A stretch of 64,000 bases of DNA, from positions 1,178,001 to 1,242,000 of the forward strand of contig JABVCE010000002.1 in NCBI GenBank assembly GCA_014905635.1, read 5' to 3'. Positions 1 to 11,575 of the stretch are shown here, one piece after another (within the stretch, counting starts at the first letter, position 1; the number at the start of each line of letters is the position of its first letter). The notes beneath the pieces were generated by a model that was given only the letters and a program-made list of their open reading frames with translations, made no database searches and was not told where the DNA came from. The translations under genes and the position numbers were made by a program. The DNA is from Scenedesmus sp. PABB004. Lineage: Eukaryota.

Positions 1-1053
1 CAGCATCACGCCCGAGGTGCTCTACTGCGCCAAGAAGGCGGGCGTGACGCACATCCTCAAGGCCGGCGGCGCGCAGGCGGTCGCGGCGATGGCGTGGGGC
101 ACGGGCAGCGTGCCCAAGGTCGCCAAGATCTTTGGCCCCGGCAACCAGTACGTGACCGCCGCCAAGATGGCGCTGACCAACAGCGAGGCCATGATCGCCA
201 TCGACATGCCCGCGGGGCCCAGCGAGGTGCTGGTCATCGCCGGTGAGCCGCCGCGGGCGCGGGGCGCGGGGCGCGGCGGCGCTTGCAGCGGCGCGCGCGG
301 CGCACCCCGGCCGCCGCCGGCGCCGGCGCCCGCCGCCCGCCGCCCGCATCTGCCCACACCCGGCCGCTCGTGCGCGCCGCAGACGAGGGCGCCAACCCCG
401 CGCACGTCGCGGCCGACCTGCTGTCCCAGGCGGAGCACGGCCCCGACAGCCAGGTCGTGCTGCTCGCGCTGCCCGGCGTGGACCTCGACGCGGTGCAGGC
501 GGCGGTGCAGAAGCAGTGCGACGAGCTGCCGCGCAACGAGACCGCGCGCAAGGCGCTGTCGCACAGCTGCGTCGTGCAGGTGCGCGACCGCGAGGAGGCG
601 TGCCGCATCAGCAACGCGTACGCGCCGGAGCACCTCATCGTCAACGTGGACGACCCCGAGCCCTGGCTGCCCCTGCTCGACAACGCGGGCAGCATCTTCA
701 TGGGCCGGTGCGCGGCGGCCGGCGGCGCGCGCGCCCGCGCGCCGGCCGGCCGGTGGGCCCCTCGGGAGCCGCCCGCGCTCAGCGCGCGCCGCCGCCGGCA
801 CCGCCGCCGCAGGTGGACGCCGGAGAGCGTGGGCGACTACGCGAGCGGCACCAACCACGTGCTGCCGACGTACGGCTACGCGCGCATGTACAGCGGCGTG
901 AGCCTCGACAGCTTCACCAAGAAGATGACGGTGCAGAGCCTCACCTGGGAGGGCCTGCAGGTGCTGGGCCCCCACGTGGCCAAGATGGCGGAGGTGGAGG
1001 GCCTCGAGGCGCACCGGCGAGCCGTGACGCTGCGCCTGGAGCAGGGCAGCTGA
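1..1053 (+). CDS. hisD: Histidinol dehydrogenase (5' truncated by window edge), 3 exons visible
   Basis: Motifs [70 protein letters not shown] introns 243-382 and 708-812 join the frames; TGA at 1051-1053. Confidence 0.97.
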
Positions 1054-1500
1054 GCGGGCGGCGCGCCGGGGCGGTCTGCAATACCTGAGCCCGCGACCAC
1101 TCGCGCCCACGCTGTCCCCCGCGACGCACAGCCTGGCGTACTTACCGACGCGCCAGGCACCCAGCCCCGCGCAGCAGCGGCAGGGGCGCACGCGGGAAGC
1201 AGCAGCGCCGCTCGCAGCCGCACGCGCCGCTGCATGCCGCCCCTCGCCCGTGCGCGCACCCCAGAACTGATCAATAGCACCTTCGCGAGTTCGCGCGCGC
1301 GCCAGCGTCCGCCAGCGCGCTCGCAGCGGCCCGCGCCGGCGGCAGCAGCGGCAGCAGCACTCGCCGCGTGGCGGCCGGCAGTGTCGTCCCGCGGAAGCAG
1401 CAGCGGCAGCAGCAGCAGGAGCAGCGGCGGCAGCAGCCGCAGCCCGCAGCTGCCGGCGAGGCAGGCGGCGGGCGGCAGCGGCCGACGCCGCGTGCGGGCG

Positions 1501-2873
1501 ATGGTGGCGGCGGCGTCGGCGGCGGGCGCGCCCGGCCTGGGCGCGCCGCTGCCGCACGTCGGGGACGCCGAGTCGGGCTGCATCTACCTTGACTACAACG
1601 CCACGACCCCTATCTACCCGGAGGTCGCGGCGGCGATGCGCCCGTTCAGCTACGAGCTCTTTGGCAACCCCTCGAGCGGGCACGCGCACGGGCGGCGCAC
1701 GCGCGCCGCGGTCGACGCCGCGCGGCGCGCGGTCGCGGGCCTGATCGGCGCGCCGTCGCCGGGCGAGGTTGTGTTCACGTCCGGCGGCACGGAGGCGGAC
1801 AACTGGGCGATCTGGGGCGCCGTGATGGCGCGCCGCGCCGCGGTCGCGCCGGCGCTGCCCCACGTGGTCACGAGCGCAATCGAGCACCCCGCCGTGACCG
1901 CGTGCCTCGCCGCGCTCGCCGACGCGGGGCTGTGCACGCACGCGCGCGTGCCCGTGTCGTCGGAGGGGCTCGTGTCGCCCGCCGACGTCGTGGCCGCGCT
2001 GACACCGTCGACGGTGCTTGTGTCAATAATGCACAGCAACAACGAGATCGGGGCGCTGCAGCCCGTCGCTGCGATCGCGGCCGCGGTCAAGGCGGTCGCG
2101 CCGGGCGTGCTCGTGCACACCGACGCGGCGCAGTCGGTCGGCAAGGTGCGCGTGGACGTCGGCGAGCTGGGCGTCGACCTGCTCACGCTCATCGGGCACA
2201 AGTTTGGCGCGCCAAAGGGCGTCGGCGCGCTGTACGTGAGGTGCGCGTGCGCACGCGCGCCGCGCCGCCGGGCTGCGCCGCCCACACGCGCGCGCGGCGG
2301 CGCGGCGCCGACACGACCGCCCCGCTCGCGCGCGCGCGCGCGCGCAGGACGGGCGTGCCCCTGGCCAACCTGCTCTGCGGCGGCGGCCAGGAGGGCGGCC
2401 GGCGCGGCGGCACCGAGAGTGTGCTGCTGCTCGCGGGCCTGGGCGCCGCGGCAGAGCTCGCGGCGCGCGAGCTGCCCGCCGCGGCCGCGCACCAGCGCGC
2501 GATGCGCGACCGCCTCGCCGCGGGGCTGCTGGCGGCGCTGCCGCCGGCGCTCGTTTGCGTCAACGGCCCCGCCGACCCCGCGGCGCGGCTGCCCAACACG
2601 CTCAGCATCAGCGTCGCCGGCCTCGCCGCGGCGAGCCTGCTGGAGCAGCTGTCCGACCGGCTCGCCGCGAGCGCGGGCGCCGCGTGCCACAGCACGGGCG
2701 GGCCGAGCGTGTCGCCGGTGCTGCAGGCCGTGCAGCTCTCGCCGGCGCACGCGGTCGGCACGCTGCGCCTCTCCACGGGCCGCCACACGACGCCGGGAGA
2801 CGTTGACGCTGCCGTTGCGCTCATCACTGCCGCGGCGCGCAAGCAGGGCCTGGATCTGGGGGCGGGCGCCTGA
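1501..2873 (+). CDS. Class-V PLP enzyme: NifS-type cysteine desulfurase / selenocysteine lyase-like
   Basis: [52 protein letters not shown] (PLP Lys), SAGAACHS (catalytic Cys). Intron 2241-2347. An in-frame upstream ATG at 1234 could add a transit peptide. Confidence 0.9.
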
Positions 2874-2943
2874 GCGCGGCGGCGGTCCGGCGCGGGCGAG
2901 AGAGCGGCGGCGGCGCGCAAGCAGGGCCTGGAGCTGGGGGCGG
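2832..2943 (+). repeat. Direct repeat of the last codons of the desulfurase gene (34 bp core, 78 bp period)
   Basis: gcggcgcgcaagcagggcctgga(t/g)ctgggggcgg occurs at 2832-2865 and 2910-2943 with one mismatch. Confidence 0.85.
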
Positions 2944-3315
2944 CCGCGCCCGAGCGCGCGGCCGAGAGAGCGCCGCGCGGCGCCGGGGGCGCGCGGCGGG
3001 GCTGTGGTGCGTGCCGGATGGAAGGCACTGCCGCCTGGGCAGCGGCTGCGCCGGCAGGGAGCGGCGCGCGGCGCGGCACGCCCACGTGGAGCGGGGAACC
3101 CCGCGCGACGCCGCCGTCTGTGACCGCGCGCGCGCCGCTCTCGCCGGCCCTGTGTCTCGGCCGTGGCTCCGCCCACGCCGCTCCCCGCGCAGCACACGCA
3201 CGCCACACACGCGCGGGCGCGACGACAGCGAGGGCAGCCGGGCGACGACAGCAGGCGCGACGCCCACACGTCCGCCACGCATGAGGCGCTAGGAAAGCCC
3301 GTGTCGCAGTGCACC

Positions 3316-4673
3316 ATGCGCGCGTGCGCCTGGCTAGCGGTGGCGCTGGGCGCGCTGCTGCTGGCTCTCCCGAGCCAAGGTGCGCTCGCGCGCGCCGCGC
3401 TGGGGCCCCGACGACGGTCCCGCGCCGGCGCGGGAGGCGGGGGACGCCCCAGCGCACGCCCTCGTAGCGTGGCGCGGCCGGCAGCGGCGCAGGGGCGCGC
3501 CGGCGGGGGCCCGAGCCATCGGCCCACAGCCCCCCGCCGCATGCGCGCGCCGCCCCGCCGCGGCGCGGGCACAGGCGTGACGGTGTCGTCGCCGGGTGGC
3601 GCGGGGCACGCGCTGCTGTTCAGGGATCACGTCCTGCTGAAGAAGGACTTCAAGGCGCGGGCTCGCATCCTCCCGCCACCCCGCCGCGCGCGCGCCGCCC
3701 CTGCGGCCCGCGCCGGCGCCGCGTTGGCTGCGCGTGCGCGTCGCGCCGCCGGGGGCGTGCCACGGGGGGCGAGCGGGGGCCTGGCTGAGCAGCGCGTGCG
3801 GGCGGCGCCGCTGCTGCTCGTGCGCAGGACTTTCCCACCACGGCCATGACGTTTGAGGCCTGGATCAGCTCCTCAGACTTCTGCCACGCCGGTGAGCCTG
3901 CGCCCGGCAGCGCGGCGGCGCCCGAGCTGCGCCGCGCCGCGCGCGGGCGCCGCAACTGGCGGCGCCGCGCAGCAGCAGCAAGCAGCGGCCGCGGGCGGAG
4001 GCGGCTGAGCCTGGGCCGGGCAGACAGCGCTGGCAGCAGCGGCGGGCGCAGGCGCAGCGGGCGCAGGCGCAGCGGGCGCAGGCGCAGCGGGCGCGCGCCC
4101 GCCCACCGCCGCGGCCGCCTCCCCCGTCCCAACCCCCCCCCCCCCCGTCCTCCTCGGGCCGCCGGCCCACCCCCCGCGCCGCCGCTGCCCGGCAGGCACG
4201 GTCATGTCGTACGCCAAGGACAGCAAGGCGGCCGACGACGACGCGCGCATCGCCGACTTCAACCACTTTGTCATCTTTGACCCGCGCAACCTGCTCGCCT
4301 GCCACGACTTCAAGTACATCGACCTCAAGCCCGACCCCAAGAACGAGAGCTGCCACGCCGCGTTCTGGAACGTGAGCAAGAGCGACGCGACCGCGCGCTA
4401 CGTCGAGCGCGACGGCGGCTGGCACCACCTCGCGGTCACGTGGAGCGTGGAGGACGCCGGCCTCACCCAGATCTACTGGGATGGCCTGCTCGTCGCGTCG
4501 GCATACACCCACAAGACCGCGCCGCTCGAGCCGGGCGGCGCGTTCATGCTCGGCGCGGAGCAGGCGCGGCGGCGCGGCGGCGCGGCGGCGGCGGCAGCGG
4601 GCTGCGCGGCGCCGGCGCGGCGGCGGCGGCGGCAGCGGCAGGCGCCGCGCTGCGCCGCGCCCCGCGCGCCCAC

Positions 4674-4725
<52 letters not shown>

Positions 4726-7700
4726 GGCCGCCGCGTCCCGCAGGACTGCTTTGGCGGCTGCACCGACCCGGCGCAGGGCTTTTACGGCGCGATGGACGAG
4801 GTGCGGCTGTGGAAGGTGGTGCGCAGCCAGGACGAGATCATCCGGCACATGCGCTGGGCGGGCGGGCTGGAGAACAACGAGCACCTCGCCGCCTACTGGA
4901 AGTTCAACGACCCAGACACCGACAACGGGCAGTTCAGGTGCGCGTGTGTGTGTGTGTGTGTGCGTGTCTGCCTGCCTGCCTGCCGCGCGGCGCCGCGCCG
5001 CGCAGGGGCGGGCGCGCCGCGCGCCACGCGCCGGGCGGCGTCGGCAAGCCGCGCGCGCGGCCGACGCGCGCGCGCCCCGCGGCGCCGCGCAGGCGGCACG
5101 TCGTGGCCAAGGACTCGTCGGGCAAGGGCAACGACCTCTCGCTGCTCTCGTCGCCGGGGCGCACCGACGTGGAGATCAAGTCGGGCGGCAACGCGCTGCG
5201 CACGGGGGCGCTGAGCTTCAAGAACAACGTCGCGCTCAACAAGGCCGCCGCCGGCATCCCCGAGAAGAGCTTCACCATTGAGTTTTGGGCGCGCTCCAAG
5301 GGCCTCGACAAGGACAAGCCCGACATGCAGGCCAAGTTTGCCCAGATCTTCAGCTACGCAGCGCAGCACGCGGAGGACGTGGACGGCGGCCCCGACTTCA
5401 TGGACGACGCCATCCGCATTGAGCGGTGCGCGGCGGCGCGCGGACGGCGCAGCAACGGCGCCCGCCCGCGCGGCGGCGGCGGCGCCCGTCGCGCGCCCGC
5501 GGCCCACGCACGCGCGCTGCTGCCCGCCCGCCCGCCTCCCGCCCGCCCGCCGCTGCCCGCAGGTACCTCGAGGACTTCAGCTCGCGCCTGGCCGACACCA
5601 AGTCGACGTCGACGCGCGGCGCGATCAGCGTGCACATCAACTCCAACGAGCACACCGACTCCACGCACGCGCAAAACTGGATCGACTTTGACGCCCAGTG
5701 GTGAGCGCCCGCCGGCGCCGCCGCCCGAGGAAGCCTCGGACCGCCGGCCGCGCCGGCGCGCGGCGCGCCGGCGGCCCGCCAATGCGCGCGCGCCCGCCGC
5801 CGCCGCCGCGGCCCGCGGCGCGCAGGCTGGACGATGGCTGGCACCACGTGGCGGTGAGCTGGAACTACGAGGACGGGCAGACGCGGCTGTACCTCGACGG
5901 CGTGCCCAAGACCGCGTTCTGGAAGAACTCTGGCGGCGTGCTCGACGACAAGCCCGCGGGCCAGGGCGGCGTCGACCCGACCATCGCGGCGCGCACCACG
6001 CGCAGCGCGAGCGGCAGCCTCGTGCTCGGCCAGGCGCGGCGGCCGGCGCGGCGCGGCGCGGGGGCCGCGCGGGGCCGCGCGTTGGTGCGCACGCACGCAC
6101 ACGCACACGCACACGCGCTCACGCGACCCCGTCGCGCGCGCAGGACCAGGACTGCCCCGGCGGCTGCTTCTCGCCCAGCAACGCGTACAACGGCGACCTC
6201 GCGGTGCTGCGCATCTGGAGCACGGTGCGCTCGGCGGACGACGTGAAGCGCAACATGATGCGCGAGCGCCCCGACAGCGAGGAGGGCCTGGCCGGGCTGT
6301 TCATCTTTGACGCCGAGGGCGCGACCGCCGCGGCGAGCGGCGAGGCGGTCGCGACCGACCGCAGCGGTGCGCTGGCTGCGCGCCGGCGCGCTGGCTGCGC
6401 GCGCGGGGCGCGCGCGCCGCGCCGCCTGTCGGCGCCGCCCGCGCGCCGCCGACCCCGCCCGCGCGCCCGCGCCCGCGCCGCGCAGCCAACAAGAACCACC
6501 TGGAGCTGCGCAGCAACTCGCCGCAGTGGGTCTACTCCTACGCACCGCTGGTCAAGCCGGACGGCACGCCCGTCGACCCGCCCGCCGCGGGCGCCGCGGG
6601 GCACGCGATGGCGCTGCACGACCGCCAGGCGCGCGCGCGCGCGCGCGCGCGCGCGTGGCGGCGGCGCAGCCCCCATCCAGCCAATGCGCGCGCCGTGCCG
6701 GCGCCAGCACCCAACCCTCGCGCCCCGCGCTCCCCCCTCGTTGCCCGCAGGTGCTCATCCTGCCCAACTTCCAGGACTTTCCCAGCGACGCGATCACGGT
6801 GGAGTTTTGGATGCAGTCGATCGACACCTGCCGCCCCGGCGTGCCCTTCAGCTACGCGCACGGGCACTATGAGAAGGAGGACAACAGCTTCCTCATCTTC
6901 AACTACAACAGCTTGTGAGCACCGACCCGCCGCGGCGCAAGCGCGCGCGCAGCCAGCCGCCGGCCCCCGCCGCCGACGCGCCCCGCTGACTCGCCCCGCC
7001 CCGCGCCGCGCGCCGCGCCAGCGGCGTGAGCGTGATGGAGGACGAGGGCACGCTCGCGGACCACCTCTCCGGCGTCGCCGCGACCGACGGCGCGTGGCAC
7101 CACGTCGCGGTCACGTGGGAGAGCGCGAGCGGCACGACGATCCTGTACCTCGACAGCCGCGAGGTCTGGCGCGTCACGCGCGGCAAGGGGAAGAAGATCC
7201 CCTCGGGCGGCACGCTCGTCATCGGCCGCGAGCAGGTGCGGCACGCGGCGCGGCGCGGCGCGGCGCGGTGGGGGACGCAGCGGCGGGCGGCGGCGCGGCG
7301 GCGGGCGGCGGCGCGCGGCGCGGCGGCGCGCGGCGCGGCGGCGGCCGCTCACGCCCCGCCCGCGCCCGGCCGCCCGGCCGCCCGCCGCGCCGCGCCGCCG
7401 CCGCCGCGCGCGCAGGACTGCCAGGGCGGGTGCTTTGACTCGGCGCAGGGCGCCGCGGGGCGCACGTCGGTCGTGGACGACCAGGAGTATGGCCCGCAGG
7501 ACTTTTTCGGGCTCATCGAGGAGATGCGCATCTGGCGCGTCGTGCGCAGCCCGGCCGAGATCCGCGCCGGCATGGTCGCCGACGACGGCCGCGGCGCGGG
7601 CGGCGGCTTTGACGCGCCCGGCATTGACAAGGACCACAAGGGTGCGACCCGCGCCGCCGCGCGCGCCCGCGCGACCCGCGCCGCCGCCGCCGCCGCCGCC

Positions 7701-8471
7701 GCGGCCGCCTCTGCTGCTCCGCTGCGCCGCGCGCCGACGCCGTCCCCGCCGCTGCTCCGCCGCCGCTGCCCCGCGGCCGTGGCCGCCGCAGACCTGGTTG
7801 CGTACTGGGACTTCAACACGGGCGCTGGGTACAGCGTCAAAGACGTGACCAACCACGGCCACGACCTCATCGCCAGCCAGGCGCCGCGCTGGGAGGTCGT
7901 GCGCTGGCTGTCGACGTGCGGCAACGGCGTCGTCGAGGGTGACGAGCAGTGCGACGACGGCGACGTCGCCGACGGCGACGGCTGCAGCGCCGCGTGCCGC
8001 GTCGAGCCCGGCTGGACCTGCAGCGGCAGCCCCAGCAAGTGCGCGCGCGGGTCGGGGCCCGCGCCCGGCCCCGCGCCGCGGCCGGGCCCCGCGCCGCGGC
8101 CGGGGCCCGCGCCCGCGCCCGCGCCGGGCGCGCCGCCCGCCGACGCGGCGGGCGGGCGCCGCGGCGGCGGCGGCGGCCGCGCCGGCAGCATCGCGGCGGG
8201 CGTGCTCATCCCGCTCTTCTTGCTCGCCCTGGGCGGCGCGGTGTACGGCTACCGCCACGCCGTGTACGAGCAGTTCCCGCAGGTCGAGGCCGCGGTCGGC
8301 AGCCTCGCGGCGGCGCTCGGGGGCGTGCTCAAGAAGCCCGGCGGCGGCGGCGCGTCGGGGCGGTACAGCGCGCTCGCGCTCGACCCCGAGGAGCTGGACA
8401 TCAGCCCCGAGTTCCTAAACCCCACGCAGCCGCCGGGGCGGTCGGGGCCGTACGCGCCCTTCCCCGGCTGA
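3316..8471 (+). CDS. Type I membrane protein with three pentraxin/LamG (ConA-like) domains, a Cys-rich CGNG..CDDG repeat, Pro-rich stalk, TM helix and short cytosolic tail
   Basis: Signal peptide MRACAWLAVALGALLLALPSQG. Three WHH[LV]AV[TS]W ... G.[ED]QDC.GGC units. CGNGVVEGDEQCDDGDVADGDGCSAAC. TM IAAGVLIPLFLLALGGAVYGY. 13 introns reconstructed; TGA at 8469-8471. Confidence 0.88.
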
Positions 8472-9111
8472 CGCGCGGCGCGGGGGCGGGGGCGGGCGGC
8501 GAGGGGGCGGGCGGCGGGGGGCTGTAGCTAGGCTTCCGGGCGCCCGGGGTGCGTGTGTGGGCCAGCGCAGGCGTAGTGTGTGACGTGACGTGCGCGAGCG
8601 TGACTGGCGGGGGCGCAGGGGGCGGCGCGCACGGCGGCGGCGAGGGGGGCGGCCCACGCAGCGAGTTGCACACCCTTGGGGCACTGCTGCTGCTCGCAAC
8701 GTGTACATCAACGTTGGCTGCGGCTGTTGACGGGCGCGCTCGGCGCCCCGCCCGCGCGCCGCCGCCGACAGCTGCAACGCTGGCGGCTGCCGGCGCGTTC
8801 GCTTGTGCTGAGCGGCGTGTCCCGTCGCGCTGCAACCTCGGCCGACCCCTGCCGACCCCTGCCGACTCGGTTGCCCCTCTGCGTCGCGGCGGCCGCATGC
8901 GCAGCAGCCGCCTGCGCGGCAGCGCCGTCGCGGCGCCCTGCCGCCCGCGCGCGCCGCGCTCGCTCGCGCCGCGCTCGCTCGCGCCAGCAGCAGCCGTCGC
9001 GCTCCCGGCACGACCACCACAAACCCAAGCATGGTACACTCTGCGGCGCCCCCGCCGCCGCCGACCGCCCGCAGTTCAGAGCAGCTGTCCCACAGCGCCG
9101 CAGTCCCGCGC

Positions 9112-10231
9112 TCACTCCAGCTTGAGCCGCTCCAGCGTCTCCATCAGCTCACCGGACTGGTACGCCTCTGCGGCGCGGCCCGCGGCGGCGGGCGGGCCGC
9201 ATGGGCACGGCGGCCGCGGCAGCGGCCGCGGCGGCGGCGGCCGCGGCGGCGGGGGCCCGGCAGCAGCGCCGGCGCTGGCGCGGCCGCACCGATCATGATG
9301 TCGCAGCCGCCGTAGAACTCGCCGTCGAGGTAGACCTGTGGGAAGCTGCGGCGGCGCCGGCGGCGGCGGCGGCGGCGGGCGCGGCGGCGGGCGGGGGTCG
9401 GCGCGGAGCCGCGCGCGCACGCTGCGCGCGCTGGGCTGCGCACGCGCGCTGCGTGCGCGGCGCCGGCGCCGGCGCGGGCCGCGCGCACGTGGGCCACTGG
9501 CTGTACTCCTTCATGCCGCTGCGCAGCGCGTCGTTCTCCAGGATGTTGACCGTCTCAAACTCGGCGTCCAGGTTGCGCAGGATCTGCGCGCGCGCGGCGT
9601 GGCGCGGCAGCGTCGCGGCGTGCGCCGCTCGGCGGCGCCCTGCGCCCGGCGCGCGCGGGGCGGCGAGGGGCGCGCGCGGGGCGGCGCGGGGCGCGGGCGG
9701 GGGCGCGGCGCGCGCCTGGACGACGGTGTTTGAGAAGCCGCACTGCGGGAACTGCTTGGTGCCCTTCATGAAGACCACGATCTTGTTGGACGAGATCAGC
9801 GAGTCGATCGCGGTCTTGAGCTGCGGCGCCATGCCCTCTGCGCGGCCGCGGCGGCCGCGGCGGTGGTCGGCGGTGGTCGGCCCCGCCGGGCCGCCCGCGC
9901 CCGCCGCTGCAGCAGCGGTTGACGGGCTGCCCCGCGCGCACGCGCGCTGCGGCTCGCCACGCGCCGCGGCGGTGGCGGGACCGCCGCCGCGCCCCCCGCT
10001 GCCCATGCCCGGCACCGCCGCCCCCGCACCGGCGCTCGCGGCGCGCACGAGCACCGAGGCGCGGCGCGCGCTGCTTCCGGCGCCGCCGCTGCCGCGGGCG
10101 CACTGCCAGCTGCTCCAGCCGGCCGTGCGCGCGCACGGGGCTGCCAGGCGCGCGGGGAGCGGCGCGGTCGCGCGCGCGGGCGCCCGGGCTGCGCAGGCCG
10201 GCGCGCGAGCGCCCAGCGCGAGCGCTGCCAT
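9112..10231 (-). CDS. Monothiol CGFS glutaredoxin with plastid-type transit peptide (GrxS14-like)
   Basis: KIVVFMKGTKQFPQCGFSNTVVQ|ILRNL, KEYSQWPT|FPQVYLDGEFYGGCDIM, AYQSGELMETLE. Ala/Arg/Pro-rich N-terminus from ATG 10231. Confidence 0.93.
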
Positions 10232-10528
10232 CTCGGGCGCTGCTGTGGCTGGGCGTGCGAGCACGCTGGGTGGTGCGGTGAGGCCAGGTGCAGCTCCCGC
10301 GACCGCGATCGGCAGCCCACGTCCGCGCCCTCGCCGGCAGCAGCAGGCGAAGAGCCGGGCCACAGCCCTGGCCCGCCGCTTGGAGGCCGCCTCCCTCGCC
10401 ATCCAAGAGCCCCACACCCACGCAGAGCCGGAAGCGCCGACGCCACCGGGCCCTGCCGCCGCACGCCCTTCGCCGCCGACCACGCACGCGCGCCGCCCGC
10501 CGCTGCTCGCTGCGGCGCCAATTTCGCG

Positions 10529-11158
10529 ATGCTACAGCTCCGGGCGCCCCTGAGCGCCTGCACAGCGGGCCAGAGCGGCTACACAGCGCCGGCAGCGCTG
10601 CCGCAGCGGCGGCAGCAGCTGCAGCGGCGCGCCCGGCGGCGCGTGGCGGCGGCCGCCGCAGAGCCGGCCGCGGCGGCGCCCGCCGCGGCTGCGGCGCCCG
10701 CCGCGGCTGCGGCGCCCGCCGCGGCTGCGGACGCCGCGTGGGCGGCGTGCGTCGCGCGCGTGCAAGGCCTCGGCCCGGCCTTTGCCGACGAGGCCGAGGC
10801 CGAGAAGGCTGTGCAGCGCGCGTTTGGCTGGGGCGCGCGCGCGCGCGCCTACTGGCGGCACGAGAAGCGGGACGCGCCGCCGGACGTCGCGCAGCTGGAC
10901 GCGGCGCTCGCGTTCCTCGGCGGCCTCGGCCTCGACGCCGAGGGCACGGCCAAGGTGGTCAAGGCCTTCCCGGAGGTGCTCGGCTGCGCCGTGGACAGTC
11001 AGCTGCAGCGCAACGCGGACCAGCTGCGGCGCGACTGGCGGCTGGAGGGCGAGGTCCTGGCCAAGGCGGTGCTGCGCAACCCCGCGGTGCTGGGCTACAA
11101 CCTCGACTGCGCCGGGGACTGCGCGGGCGAGTGCAACCGGTGCTGGGCGCGCTTCTGA
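10529..11158 (+). CDS. Small organellar mTERF-like protein with C-terminal Cys cluster (resembles plant mTERF12 as I recall it), single exon
   Basis: mTERF-like repeats KVVKAFPEVLGC and KAVLRNPAVLGY; ends GYNLDCAGDCAGECNRCWARF; transit-peptide-like N-terminus. Confidence 0.72.
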   Translation: MLQLRAPLSACTAGQSGYTAPAALPQRRQQLQRRARRRVAAAAAEPAAAAPAAAAAPAAAAAPAAAADAAWAACVARVQGLGPAFADEAEAEKAVQRAFGWGARARAYWRHEKRDAPPDVAQLDAALAFLGGLGLDAEGTAKVVKAFPEVLGCAVDSQLQRNADQLRRDWRLEGEVLAKAVLRNPAVLGYNLDCAGDCAGECNRCWARF

Positions 11159-11361
11159 GAGGCGAGAGAGGGCAGCAGCCGCGGCGGGGCGGCCGGTGCA
11201 CGCGCTGGCCAGCGCCCGAGCTGGTGGCCAGCGGGCTGAGCGGCGAGGCGCTGGGAGAGGCGCCCGTAGACACGGGGGAGCGGGTCGAGGGCGGGAGCTC
11301 CGCGAGGGAAGTGCAGTCACGTGACCGCCCGAGGGCGCGCGCGCCGCCGCCGCCCCCGCTC

Positions 11362-11541
11362 TCACGCGCCGCCGTGCCGCGCCGCCGCGGCCTGCATCGC
11401 GGCGAGCGCCTCCGTGAGCGAGCCGTCCGCGAGGCCGAGCATGTCGAACGGCATGCCGGTGGCCGCCCGCGCGCCGGGCAGGATCATGCCGGCGTGCCGC
11501 ACCACGCGCAGCTCAAACCCGCCCTGGCCGCTCGCCGCCGA

Positions 11542-11575
<34 letters not shown>

